A DNA stretch of 64,000 nucleotides from an uncultured Lachnospiraceae bacterium (GTDB lineage Bacteria > Bacillota > Clostridia > Lachnospirales > Lachnospiraceae), in contig CACZBD010000007.1 of NCBI GenBank assembly GCA_902779305.1, positions 88,760 to 152,759 on the forward strand, given 5' to 3'. A model generated the notes under the pieces. It saw nothing but the letters and a program-made list of their open reading frames with translations, made no database searches and had not been told where the DNA came from. Shown here piece by piece: positions 8,814-18,355 of this stretch; position 1 is the stretch's first letter; each line of letters begins with the position of its first letter. Position numbers and translations under genes: made by a program.

Positions 8814-9955
8814 ATATCGCCATCCTCGGACCGGGTGAGATCGCCGTGAAAATGGCGATGACCCTGCAGCATTTAAAAGGCGTGACCTGTTATGCCGTTG
8901 CTTCAAGAGATCAGGCGAGAGCCCAGGCTTTCGCGGACAAATACGGATTCCGGCATGCGTACGGTTCCTATATCGACATGCTGAATGACGAATATGTGGA
9001 TCTCGTCTATATCGCGACACCGCATTCCCATCACTATGAAAATATCAAGATGTGTCTGCAGCATGGCAAACATGTGCTGGTGGAGAAACCGTTTACGGCC
9101 AATGCCGCGCAGGCGGAAGAAGTTCTTCTGATGGCGGAGAGAAGCGGACTGTTTCTTGCGGAGGCCATGTGGAGCAGATATATGCCGATGGTCGATACGA
9201 TCCGGGAAGTGGTCTCCTCCAATCTGATCGGCAGGATCACGGCGCTTAGTGCCAATGTCGGTTTTCCGCTTGAAAATAAGGAACGGCTCAGAAGACCGGA
9301 ACTTGCCGGCGGAGCGCTTTTAGATCTTGGCTGCTATGCGCTTCATTTTGCATCGATGATCTTCGGAGACGATCTGAAGAGTATTTCAGCATCCTGTACA
9401 AAACTGGAAACCGGTGTGGATGCGCAGGAAACGATCATGCTTACCTACCGGGACGGCCGCATGGCCAACCTGTTTGTGACGATGCTTGCGGAATGCGACC
9501 GCAGAGCCATGATCTACGGAACGAACGGCTATATCGAGATCGAAAACATCATCAATTTCGAATCGATCCGTGCCTATAATCTGGAGCGGAAAGTGATCGC
9601 GGAATATGCGGCGCCTTATCAGGTGACGGGATATGAATACGAAGTGATGGCAGTTATGGATGCGATGCGGAGCGGCCTGATCGAATGTTATCAGCTGCCG
9701 CATGAGACGATCCTGCATACCATGCGCATGATGGACAATCTGCGTGCCGCGTTCGGGATCGTTTATCCGTTTGAACTGGATCCGGAAAGTTCCCCGACCG
9801 AGATCGGAGAGGAAGCGGAAAAAGAAAAGGAAATGCAAAGGGAATCCACGGTTAAAGAGATTTCCAATACCGCCAACAATCAGACCGAAGAGGCAGAGGA
9901 AGATGCGGCGGAAGAGAGTAACGAAGAGCGCAACGGAGAAATGAACGAAGAATAG
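8810..9955 (+). CDS. Gfo/Idh/MocA-family NAD(P)-dependent oxidoreductase with an acidic ~60-aa C-terminal tail
   Basis: 381 aa. It has the Rossmann N-terminus IAILGPGEIA, and HVLVEKP (the EKP motif). Its start overlaps the NYN gene stop (ATGA). The tail is rich in E/D (EEAEEDAAEESNEERNGEMNEE). Confidence 0.8.
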   Translation: MNIAILGPGEIAVKMAMTLQHLKGVTCYAVASRDQARAQAFADKYGFRHAYGSYIDMLNDEYVDLVYIATPHSHHYENIKMCLQHGKHVLVEKPFTANAAQAEEVLLMAERSGLFLAEAMWSRYMPMVDTIREVVSSNLIGRITALSANVGFPLENKERLRRPELAGGALLDLGCYALHFASMIFGDDLKSISASCTKLETGVDAQETIMLTYRDGRMANLFVTMLAECDRRAMIYGTNGYIEIENIINFESIRAYNLERKVIAEYAAPYQVTGYEYEVMAVMDAMRSGLIECYQLPHETILHTMRMMDNLRAAFGIVYPFELDPESSPTEIGEEAEKEKEMQRESTVKEISNTANNQTEEAEEDAAEESNEERNGEMNEE

Positions 9956-9976
9956 AAGGAACGGACCAAAGGACAT

Positions 9977-10019
9977 AAAAAGACCTGCTCACATGACGGT
10001 ATGAGCAGGTTTTTATTTT
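9977..10019. terminator. Bidirectional rho-independent terminator shared by the convergent oxidoreductase and rpsT genes
   Basis: AAAAAGACCTGCTCA...TGAGCAGGTTTTTATTTT, with A-run and T-run flanks on both strands. Confidence 0.75.
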
Positions 10020-10033
10020 CATATCAGTTTGCT

Positions 10034-10297
10034 TTACTGGATCGCATTGACTGCTTTTGTCATACGGGAAATCTTTCTCGAAGTCGTGCTCTTATGATAA
10101 ACACCCTTGGATGTTGCTTTGCTCATTTCGGAAATGGCATCATTCAGAGCAGTTTTGGCAGCTTCCTGATCCTTTGCGTCAACAGCAGCATAAACTTTCT
10201 TGATATAAGTTTTTACTTTAGACTTGATCGCTTTATTGCGCTCGGTCTTTTTATTGATCACAAGAATTCTCTTCTTCGCTGATTTGATATTAGCCAC
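10034..10297 (-). CDS. rpsT: 30S ribosomal protein S20
   Basis: ANIKSAKKRILVINKKTERNKAIKSKVKT is the canonical S20 N-terminus. The likely start is GTG at 10297, preceded by GGAGGTG. The ORF track's ATG at 10312 lies inside that RBS. Confidence 0.9.
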   Translation of the reverse strand: MANIKSAKKRILVINKKTERNKAIKSKVKTYIKKVYAAVDAKDQEAAKTALNDAISEMSKATSKGVYHKSTTSRKISRMTKAVNAIQ

Positions 10298-10391
10298 GAT
10301 CACACCTCCCATTCAAAATAGTAAGGATTGAGTCCTCCGAATGGTCCTTTCGAGTCCGGACACGGACGTCTCGAAATCGACACACTCATAT

Positions 10392-10420
10392 AGTCTAGTG
10401 GAAAGCCTTCGTAATGTCAA
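10392..10420 (-). promoter_or_regulatory. Candidate sigma-A promoter for rpsT
   Basis: On the minus strand: TTGACA (10420-10415), a 17-nt spacer, then TAGACT (10397-10392). Confidence 0.35.
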
Positions 10421-10552
10421 GACTTTTTCTTGCAAATGCGGCGATTTTCTGATACCATTCACAATTGATACGGCACCTGAAAATCACAGCTGTCCATTGT
10501 CCGAATGGATTTTGTCATTTTTCGTTCGGAAGATCAAACGAGGAACGTATTT

Positions 10553-12358
10553 ATGGATCAAAGTAAAATCCGTAATTTCTGCATCATTGCACATATTGAT
10601 CACGGAAAATCAACACTTGCGGACCGGATCATCGAACAGACGGGACTTCTTACCAGCAGGGAGATGCAGGCGCAGGTCCTTGACAACATGGATCTGGAAA
10701 GAGAGCGCGGCATCACGATCAAATCCCAGGCAGTCCGTACGGTCTACAGGGCAAAGAACGGGGAAGAATATATCTTTAACCTGATCGACACGCCGGGACA
10801 TGTTGATTTTAACTATGAAGTCAGCAGATCTTTGGCAGCCTGCGACGGCGCGATCCTTGTCGTGGATGCGGCGCAGGGGATCGAAGCGCAGACGCTTGCC
10901 AATGTGTATCTGGCACTGGATCATGATCTGGATGTGTTTCCTGTGATCAACAAGATCGATTTGCCAAGCGCGGAACCTGACCGCGTGGCCGCAGAGATCG
11001 AGGACGTGATCGGCATCGAGGCGCAGGATGCGCCGAGGATCTCCGCGAAAATGGGGATCGGGATCGATGAGGTCCTAGAGCAGATCGTTGCAAAGGTTCC
11101 CGCGCCGAAAGGAGATCCGGATGCGCCGCTGAAAGCGCTGATCTTTGACTCGATCTACGATTCCTACAAAGGCGTGATCGTTTTCTGCCGTCTGATGGAC
11201 GGCCGGGTGAGAAAAGGGTCTTCCGTCAAAATGATGGCGACGGGCGCGGTCTGTGAAGTCGTGGAAGTGGGAACGTTCGGCGCAGGTGTGTTCATCCCCT
11301 GCGAGGAACTCAGCGCCGGCATGGTCGGTTATCTGACCGCCAGCATCAAAAATGTCAGGGATACGGCGGTCGGCGACACCGTTACGGATGCGGAGCACCC
11401 CTGCAAGGAAGCGCTTCCCGGATATAAAAAAGTACAGTCCATGGTGTTCTGCGGCGTTTATCCCGCCGATGGCGCTAAATATCCCGATCTTCGGGATGCT
11501 CTCGAAAAACTGCAGTTAAATGACGCGTCCCTAAATTACGAACCGGAGACCAGCGTGGCGCTCGGTTTCGGCTTCCGCTGCGGGTTCCTTGGCCTTCTTC
11601 ATCTTGAAGTCGTGCAGGAACGTCTGGAAAGAGAATATAACTTAGATCTCGTGACCACGGCGCCTTCCGTGGTATATAAGGTGCATAAGACGGACGGTAC
11701 CGTGATCGATCTGACCAATCCGACGAATCTGCCGGATCCTTCCGAGATCGAATATATGGAAGAACCCGTTGTCTCTGCCGAGATCATGGTCACGAAGGAT
11801 TTTGTCGGTCCGATCATGGAACTCTGTCAGGAGAGAAGAGGACGTTATATCAGCATGGAATACATGGAAGAGACCAGGGCACTGCTCAAGTACGAGCTGC
11901 CGCTCAATGAGATCATCTATGATTTCTTCGATGCGTTAAAATCAAGGTCCAGGGGTTATGCTTCCTTCGATTATGACATGAAAGGCTATGAGAGGAGCGA
12001 CCTTGTAAAACTGGATATCCTGATCAACCATGAGGAAGTGGATGCCCTGTCCTTTATCGTGCATGCGGCTTCGGCTTACGAGCGGGGACGGAAGATGTGC
12101 GAGAAGCTGAAAGAGGAGATCCCGAGACATCTTTTCGAGATCCCGATCCAGGCGGCCGTCGGCTCCAAGATCATCGCCAGGGAAACCGTCAAAGCCATGC
12201 GAAAAGATGTGCTGGCAAAATGCTACGGCGGTGATATCACCCGAAAGAAGAAGCTGCTGGAAAAACAGAAGGAAGGAAAGAAGCGCATGCGGCAGATCGG
12301 CAATGTGGAGATCCCGCAGAAAGCGTTCATGAGCGTGCTGAAACTGGATGAATCCTAG
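10553..12358 (+). CDS. lepA: Translation elongation factor 4 (LepA)
   Basis: [38 protein letters not shown], and the C-terminal LepA-specific region. The preferred start is ATG 10553 (601 aa) rather than the ORF track's 10505. Confidence 0.95.
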   Translation: MDQSKIRNFCIIAHIDHGKSTLADRIIEQTGLLTSREMQAQVLDNMDLERERGITIKSQAVRTVYRAKNGEEYIFNLIDTPGHVDFNYEVSRSLAACDGAILVVDAAQGIEAQTLANVYLALDHDLDVFPVINKIDLPSAEPDRVAAEIEDVIGIEAQDAPRISAKMGIGIDEVLEQIVAKVPAPKGDPDAPLKALIFDSIYDSYKGVIVFCRLMDGRVRKGSSVKMMATGAVCEVVEVGTFGAGVFIPCEELSAGMVGYLTASIKNVRDTAVGDTVTDAEHPCKEALPGYKKVQSMVFCGVYPADGAKYPDLRDALEKLQLNDASLNYEPETSVALGFGFRCGFLGLLHLEVVQERLEREYNLDLVTTAPSVVYKVHKTDGTVIDLTNPTNLPDPSEIEYMEEPVVSAEIMVTKDFVGPIMELCQERRGRYISMEYMEETRALLKYELPLNEIIYDFFDALKSRSRGYASFDYDMKGYERSDLVKLDILINHEEVDALSFIVHAASAYERGRKMCEKLKEEIPRHLFEIPIQAAVGSKIIARETVKAMRKDVLAKCYGGDITRKKKLLEKQKEGKKRMRQIGNVEIPQKAFMSVLKLDES

Positions 12359-13466
12359 TGAACAGATCGGTGTCTATGTGCATATCCCGTTTTGCGTGAG
12401 AAAATGCGCCTACTGTGATTTTCTCTCGTTTCCTGCGGATGTGAAGACACAGGAAGATTATGTTAATGCATTATGTAAACAAATTGACGCGACGGAGGAG
12501 AAAAGACCCGTTGCGTCTGTTTATATTGGCGGTGGAACCCCAAGCGCGATCGAGCCCAAATGGATCGATAAAATATTATGTAAACTTCACGGGGACTACC
12601 GGATCGATCCGGATGCGGAGATCACGATCGAGGTAAATCCCGGAACGCTTGGCGACAGTCATTTCGCAGTTTACAAAAGCGCCGGGATCAACCGGCTCAG
12701 CATCGGACTGCAGTCCGCGCATGATGATGAATTGCATCTTCTTGGCAGGATCCATACTTATTCAGATTTTTTGAGAACGTTTCAGGAAGCCAGAAATGCC
12801 GGGTTTGAAAACATCAACGTCGATCTGATGACGGCACTGCCTGGACAGGATGCCGGTAAACTCCGGCACAGCCTGAACTGTGTCACGGATCTTGAACCGG
12901 AACATATTTCCGCATACAGCCTGATCTTAGAAGAGGGAACGCCGTTTTATGCGCAGAGAAAGGATCTGGATCTCCCGGATGAAAAGAAAGAGCGTGCGCT
13001 TTATTACCTGATGCGAGATCATCTCACGGCGCACGGATATACGCACTATGAGATCTCAAATTTTGCAAAGGACGGGCATGAAAGCCGGCACAACTGTTCT
13101 TACTGGACAGGGCAGGATTATCTGGGCCTCGGGCTCGGCGCTTCATCACTGCTTTCAAATGTCAGGTACCGGAACGAAACGGATCTGAAATCTTATCTGC
13201 AGGATCCCTGCGCAAGGGAGGCGGAAGAGGTGCTCGGTGAAAAAGAACGCATGGAAGAATTCATGTTTCTGGGGCTCAGGATGTTGCGCGGCATCCGTGA
13301 ACAGGACTTTGAGCATGCCTTTCATAAACCGGTCGATTCCGTCTATGGAAAAGTGATCGGAAAACTGTTTGAACAGGGCCTGATCAGGCGTGAAAATGGC
13401 AGGATATTTCTGACAGATTCAGGAATTGACTACGGAAATCATGTTTTTTCGTGCTTTTTGTTGTAA
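12348..13466 (+). CDS. hemW: Radical SAM family heme chaperone HemW (HemN-like)
   Basis: 372 aa. [14 protein letters not shown] is a CxxxCxxC radical-SAM motif. The start overlaps the lepA stop, and lepA-hemW synteny is conserved. Confidence 0.85.
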   Translation: MNPSEQIGVYVHIPFCVRKCAYCDFLSFPADVKTQEDYVNALCKQIDATEEKRPVASVYIGGGTPSAIEPKWIDKILCKLHGDYRIDPDAEITIEVNPGTLGDSHFAVYKSAGINRLSIGLQSAHDDELHLLGRIHTYSDFLRTFQEARNAGFENINVDLMTALPGQDAGKLRHSLNCVTDLEPEHISAYSLILEEGTPFYAQRKDLDLPDEKKERALYYLMRDHLTAHGYTHYEISNFAKDGHESRHNCSYWTGQDYLGLGLGASSLLSNVRYRNETDLKSYLQDPCAREAEEVLGEKERMEEFMFLGLRMLRGIREQDFEHAFHKPVDSVYGKVIGKLFEQGLIRRENGRIFLTDSGIDYGNHVFSCFLL

Positions 13467-13527
13467 AAACACAGGATTTGCTTGTTATTTACGCCCTTTT
13501 TTGATAAAATAACATTAGTTGTAATTA

Positions 13528-16500
13528 ATGGGGGTAAGTATGCATAAACTGAGTGACGATCTGTTCCAGAATGCGGTCGATCTAAACGAGACCATCGTCT
13601 TTGAATATGATATTGCCGAAGACGTGATCCGTTTTTCTGATAATCTGACCAAATATATCCCTTCTTCCCAGAATATTTCGGCATTTGTAGAAAATTTGAA
13701 TTCCAGAGGCAAGGTACATGCTGACGATATCAGATCTGCCATTGCTTTTTTTTCGTCGCCCAAAAAAGCCGGCAAGCTGCGCATGGAATATGTACGCTTC
13801 CTTGATTTTAACGGCGAATTCCGCTGGTATCAGCTGAAAGGAAGAGCGCAGCTTGATAAATCCGACAAACCGGTCACGCTGTTCGGCACCATGACCTATG
13901 TGGATGATGAGACAAAGCGGCGCAACGAGGAAGCTTCCAGAGAGCGGGATGAACTGACGCATCTGCTGAAGGAAAAAGTCATCATGGAGCTGGTCGATTC
14001 CTATATCGAGACCATGCCAAAAGATGTGATCCCGAACATGATGATCGTCGATGTGGATGATTTTGACGAATGGATTGAAACACACGGAGACATCAGTGGT
14101 GAAGGGGCGATCATGGAGATCGCCAAGATCTTAAAGAGAGCGTTCAGAAATTCCGACATGATCGGCAGGATGGAAGGAGACCGGTTTGCGGTTTCCATGA
14201 AGGGCGTGCATACGGTCAGCATCCTTCTTGAACGCGCCGCCTATCTGAAGCAGGCCGTCAAGGATGTGTTCAGCGATATCGAGAACAGCGGCGGTCTGAC
14301 CGTCAGCATCGGCATTTCGGCACTCGATATCAAGGATGCATCTTCGAAGAAACTTCTGGACAAAGCCATCGATGCCCTGAAGGACGCCAAACGTTCCGGC
14401 AAAGATACCTATGTGCTCTACAGCGGGGATTCGGAGCGGATCGATACCAGCGTGAACCCGGTGCTCTCCACCAAGGAAATGGAGCTGGTCAAAAACCTTC
14501 TGGATCCGATGTGCACCTTTGCCTATGCCGTGGATGAGAACTACCAGCTGCTCTACCGCAATTCGATCCTGCAGGAGAGACTCGGAAATACCAATTGCGG
14601 GCTTTGCTATATTCAGAACAAGGGTTACGCGGAACCCTGTCCGGACTGTCCTTTAAAGAACATGGATCCCAAGAAGGCCAGTCTTGACTGCAATGTATAT
14701 TCCCCTTCGCTTCGGACCGTGATCCCGATGCGGACCACGCAGATCACGCTCAGGAACGGGAAACACATCTATATCATTGCATCTGTCAAGGAAAACATCG
14801 AGAATCAGATCGCGGCTCTGGATGAGAGTGAGAACCGTATTCAGGGGGCGCTCTATACGATGATGGACATCATCTGGGATGTGGATCTTGCCAGGAATAC
14901 CTGTATCCGCATGAAGGAAGATCATATCGCTTCCCTGATGGATCTAAGGATTGATAATTTCAAGCGGCTCAGAGAGTATTTCCTGACAAACGTGGTCGAT
15001 CCGGAGGATGCAAACGCATTTCTGGAAGTGGCCGATCCGAAGTACCTGAAGCAGGAGTACCGTGTCGGAAGACATTCCATCTGCAGGGAAGTGCGCTTAA
15101 AGGGCGTGGACGGAGAATACCGCTGGTACAACATCTATGCGACCTTTATCGATCAGAATGAGGAGGCGGAAGAATCCCAGATCCGTGTGATCATCGTTGC
15201 ACAGCTGATCCATGATTTTAAACTACAGAGCATTTCCGAAGCGGAGACAAAGATCAAATACGAGATCATGCGCCAGAAGAGTGACATCGCCAAGGAAATG
15301 GCGCTGAACTTCGAGCGGATCGAGAATGTCAACGAGATGATCGGGATCCTGGTATATGAGTATTTTGTGCAGGATGATTCCTATTATCTGTGCGCTTCGT
15401 TTGATGATGTGTTCAAGATCGATCATTCCAAACTATCCGGAGAATGGTCTCTCCTGAAGATGTTAAACTGCCATCCGGGAGACGCGGAGAAATTCGAGCA
15501 GTTCATCGAGGATATCCGGACCACCCAGCAGACGCAGAAAGTCACGGTGCGCCTGTACAACCGTTATGATACGCCGGTATGGTACACGGTCTATGTACAG
15601 CCCCTGAAAGGATTGGATAACCGGCCTGTCCGTTATCTCGGGACATTCCAGAATGTCAACACGGAAATGGAGATCAAGGCGGAAATGGAATACCGCGCGG
15701 ACTATGATTCCATGACCGGTCTTTACAATTCCGAAGCCTTCTACAGAAAGGCAACGGAGATCATTCACCTGAATGAGGAAACGCTGTATGCGGTGCTTTC
15801 CATCGATATCGAGAAGTTCCGTCTGATCAACGATAAATTCGGCATTGAGATCGGTAACCGCTGCCTGGCATATATGGGCAAGAGCATCCGGGAACTGATG
15901 CCCAAGAACAGCGTGGCGAAACGTTATCAGGGCGATACGTTTACCGTGCTGATGGAATACCACAGTGAACAGGATATCCTGAATTTCATCACGTCGCTGA
16001 CCGGGCGCATGCATGACAATGACGATCTGCCGCAGGGCGTATCCATTGTATTCGGGATCTACAAGGTTACGGACAAAACGCTGCCGATCCGCCTGATGTG
16101 CGACAGGGCAAGGACCGTCAAGAGACAGGCGAAGGGCTCGATCTTCACGAATTATGCCGTTTATGATGATGTGATCCGCTTAAAGATGCGTGAACAGGCG
16201 GAGATCGAAGAAGAGATGGAAATGGCGCTCCATCATCACGAGTTTGTGATGTATCTGCAGCCGCAGATCGATGTGAAGACCGGAAGACTTGCCGGAGCGG
16301 AAGCCCTTGTCCGGTGGGAACATCCGATCAAGGGTGTCATGGTACCGGCGCAGTTCCTGCCGCTGTTTGAAAGCAACGGATTTATCACAAGGCTTGACCG
16401 CTTCATGTGGGAAGAGGCCTGCAAGTATCTGGCGATCCTTGCGGAACGAAAGATCGATATCCCGATCTCCGTCAATGTTTCCAGGGCGCATGTGAGCGAA

Positions 16501-16959
16501 TCCAATCTGACATCGATCTTAACGGATCTTGTGAAGCGGTACGGGATCACGCCTGAGAAACTCGAACTTGAGATCACGGAGAATCTCTTTGTGGATGATG
16601 TGGACGAGCTGTTCGAACAGATGGATCAGCTGAAGAAATGCGGATTCAGGATCCAGATGGATGATTTCGGATCGGGCTATTCGTCATTGAACATGCTCAG
16701 AAAGGCGCCTGTTGATACGCTGAAGATCGACCGCTTCTTCCTGGATGAGATCATGGCGACATCAAGAGGCAAGATCATTGTGGAAGCTTCCGTCAGGATG
16801 GCAAAAGAACTCGGCCTGATGGTCATCGCGGAAGGCGTCGAGACGGAAGACCAGCTGAACTTCTTAAGGGATGCAGGATGCGACATTGCGCAGGGTTATT
16901 ACTATTCCAAGCCTGTCAATGTGGAAGAATTTGAACAGTTTATTGAGAAGCACTATTAA
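13528..16959 (+). CDS. Multidomain c-di-GMP signalling protein: PAS-like / degenerate GGDEF (EGDRF) / PAS-like / degenerate GGDEF (QGDTF) / intact EAL
   Basis: 1143 aa (alternative start ATG 13540 behind GGGGG). Motifs read directly: RNSD-x5-EGDRF at 14146-14187, QGDTF at 15928-15942, EAL at 16300-16308, then ELEITE, DDFGSGYSSL, KIDR, EGVE and QGYYYSKP. Confidence 0.85.
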   Translation: MGVSMHKLSDDLFQNAVDLNETIVFEYDIAEDVIRFSDNLTKYIPSSQNISAFVENLNSRGKVHADDIRSAIAFFSSPKKAGKLRMEYVRFLDFNGEFRWYQLKGRAQLDKSDKPVTLFGTMTYVDDETKRRNEEASRERDELTHLLKEKVIMELVDSYIETMPKDVIPNMMIVDVDDFDEWIETHGDISGEGAIMEIAKILKRAFRNSDMIGRMEGDRFAVSMKGVHTVSILLERAAYLKQAVKDVFSDIENSGGLTVSIGISALDIKDASSKKLLDKAIDALKDAKRSGKDTYVLYSGDSERIDTSVNPVLSTKEMELVKNLLDPMCTFAYAVDENYQLLYRNSILQERLGNTNCGLCYIQNKGYAEPCPDCPLKNMDPKKASLDCNVYSPSLRTVIPMRTTQITLRNGKHIYIIASVKENIENQIAALDESENRIQGALYTMMDIIWDVDLARNTCIRMKEDHIASLMDLRIDNFKRLREYFLTNVVDPEDANAFLEVADPKYLKQEYRVGRHSICREVRLKGVDGEYRWYNIYATFIDQNEEAEESQIRVIIVAQLIHDFKLQSISEAETKIKYEIMRQKSDIAKEMALNFERIENVNEMIGILVYEYFVQDDSYYLCASFDDVFKIDHSKLSGEWSLLKMLNCHPGDAEKFEQFIEDIRTTQQTQKVTVRLYNRYDTPVWYTVYVQPLKGLDNRPVRYLGTFQNVNTEMEIKAEMEYRADYDSMTGLYNSEAFYRKATEIIHLNEETLYAVLSIDIEKFRLINDKFGIEIGNRCLAYMGKSIRELMPKNSVAKRYQGDTFTVLMEYHSEQDILNFITSLTGRMHDNDDLPQGVSIVFGIYKVTDKTLPIRLMCDRARTVKRQAKGSIFTNYAVYDDVIRLKMREQAEIEEEMEMALHHHEFVMYLQPQIDVKTGRLAGAEALVRWEHPIKGVMVPAQFLPLFESNGFITRLDRFMWEEACKYLAILAERKIDIPISVNVSRAHVSESNLTSILTDLVKRYGITPEKLELEITENLFVDDVDELFEQMDQLKKCGFRIQMDDFGSGYSSLNMLRKAPVDTLKIDRFFLDEIMATSRGKIIVEASVRMAKELGLMVIAEGVETEDQLNFLRDAGCDIAQGYYYSKPVNVEEFEQFIEKHY

Positions 16960-17019
16960 TCATACGTTTACCGGACCAGTTTTATCACCACGCACAATGT
17001 TAAAAAGGGGAGAGATCAG

Positions 17020-18132
17020 ATGCTGTTCGTAAAAACCGAAGATCTGAAAGTTGGCATGCGCCTGGCAAAACCGATCTATAACAAGAAGGGAGTTCTTCTT
17101 TATGAACGCGATTCCAAACTGACCACACAGGGTATCGCGTCCGTTAAGAATTTCGGCCTGATCGGGATCTATATCTTAGAGCCCGCGGAACCGCTCCCGC
17201 CGATGACGGAAGATGATATCGCATTTGAAAGATTTCAGTCCGTTGCGGTTTTCACGCTTGTGGATGAACTGAATTACATCCTGAGCAACGGCAGACAGTC
17301 CAAGATGACTGTCTTTGCCGAGAACATCATGAAAGAATACGGGAAGCTGAACCGGAAGATCAACTTCGTGCAGAATTTAAGAAGCAAAGAGGATTTCATC
17401 TACAAGCATTCCCTGAATGTGGCGATCCTCTGTGCCATGATCGGTCATCAGCTGAACATGCGGTATGAGGATCACCGTGATCTGATCATCGCGGCACTGA
17501 TCCATGATATCGGAAAGCTGAACGTCCCGAAATCCCTTCTGGATAAAACGGACCGTACGCCGGAAGACAAGTTTGAGATGAAACGGTACGAGCGGGATGG
17601 TGTGAGGCTCTCGGAGGATGCGTTTGCAGCAACGCCGAATATCAAAAGAATGGTTTCCCAGGCTTTCAGCGAATATGATGCGTTTGCAAGAGGCGAGAAG
17701 ACGGTTTCCAAACTGGTGCTCGGCTCCAGGATCCTGGTCGTTGCCAACGACTATGACAAACTGTCTGCCATGAGCAACTATATGGAACCTAAGTCTGAGA
17801 TCGCCACGTTAAAGCATCTGAAGAGACATCCGGAGATGTATGATACCGAAGTCGTGGAAGCGCTGGTCAGGAGCATCAATTTCCTTGCAAACGGCGTCTG
17901 CGTGGAACTCTCAAACGGCGAAAAGGGTCTGGTGGTCCAGGCCAATGATGATGATGTGCTCCGCCCGATGGTCCTGTGCTTCTCCGACAATTCCATTGTC
18001 AATCTGGCGCAGAGCAGCCTGTACGGGGATCTGGAAGTCAAGGATGTCATGAAGACGTTGGATAACCGTTATGTGATGGATACCAGTACACTGGCTTCCG
18101 CCGGAATGGGAGGAACTTCTTCCGCCACATGA
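17020..18132 (+). CDS. HD-domain protein, degenerate HD-GYP-like
   Basis: 370 aa. HSLNVAILCAMIG...AALIHDIGK (HDIGK at 17503-17517) and RILVVANDYDKLSA fit an HD-GYP scaffold, but I found no HHE..GYP segment. RBS is GGGGAGAG. Confidence 0.7.
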   Translation: MLFVKTEDLKVGMRLAKPIYNKKGVLLYERDSKLTTQGIASVKNFGLIGIYILEPAEPLPPMTEDDIAFERFQSVAVFTLVDELNYILSNGRQSKMTVFAENIMKEYGKLNRKINFVQNLRSKEDFIYKHSLNVAILCAMIGHQLNMRYEDHRDLIIAALIHDIGKLNVPKSLLDKTDRTPEDKFEMKRYERDGVRLSEDAFAATPNIKRMVSQAFSEYDAFARGEKTVSKLVLGSRILVVANDYDKLSAMSNYMEPKSEIATLKHLKRHPEMYDTEVVEALVRSINFLANGVCVELSNGEKGLVVQANDDDVLRPMVLCFSDNSIVNLAQSSLYGDLEVKDVMKTLDNRYVMDTSTLASAGMGGTSSAT

Positions 18133-18206
18133 TCACGGACCCCGTGATTTTCATATTGACAATCCGTTGGATATGCATTTATTATCATATACGGAAATGC
18201 ACTTAT

Positions 18207-18235
18207 AAAAGCGGCATCTGCCGCTTTTCTTTTTC
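18207..18235 (+). terminator. Rho-independent terminator after the HD-domain gene
   Basis: AAAAGCGGCATCTGCCGCTTTTCTTTTT. Confidence 0.65.
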
Positions 18236-18355
18236 ACATTTTTTCATTTAAGTTTTTCTTGTTTTACTCGTTTGTTTCACTTTTATTATCTTACGGTTCC
18301 GGCGGGAGATCTGATGCCGGGATATGCCCTGCCGGATCGCAGAAGGGAGGATCAT

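Noticed and set aside
10341-10784. 147-aa + strand ORF spanning the rpsT-lepA spacer and the lepA 5' end; also the 10505 start of the lepA ORF
   Set aside because: It is out of frame with lepA and has no family features. The canonical LepA N-terminus begins at ATG 10553, behind a GAGGAA RBS.
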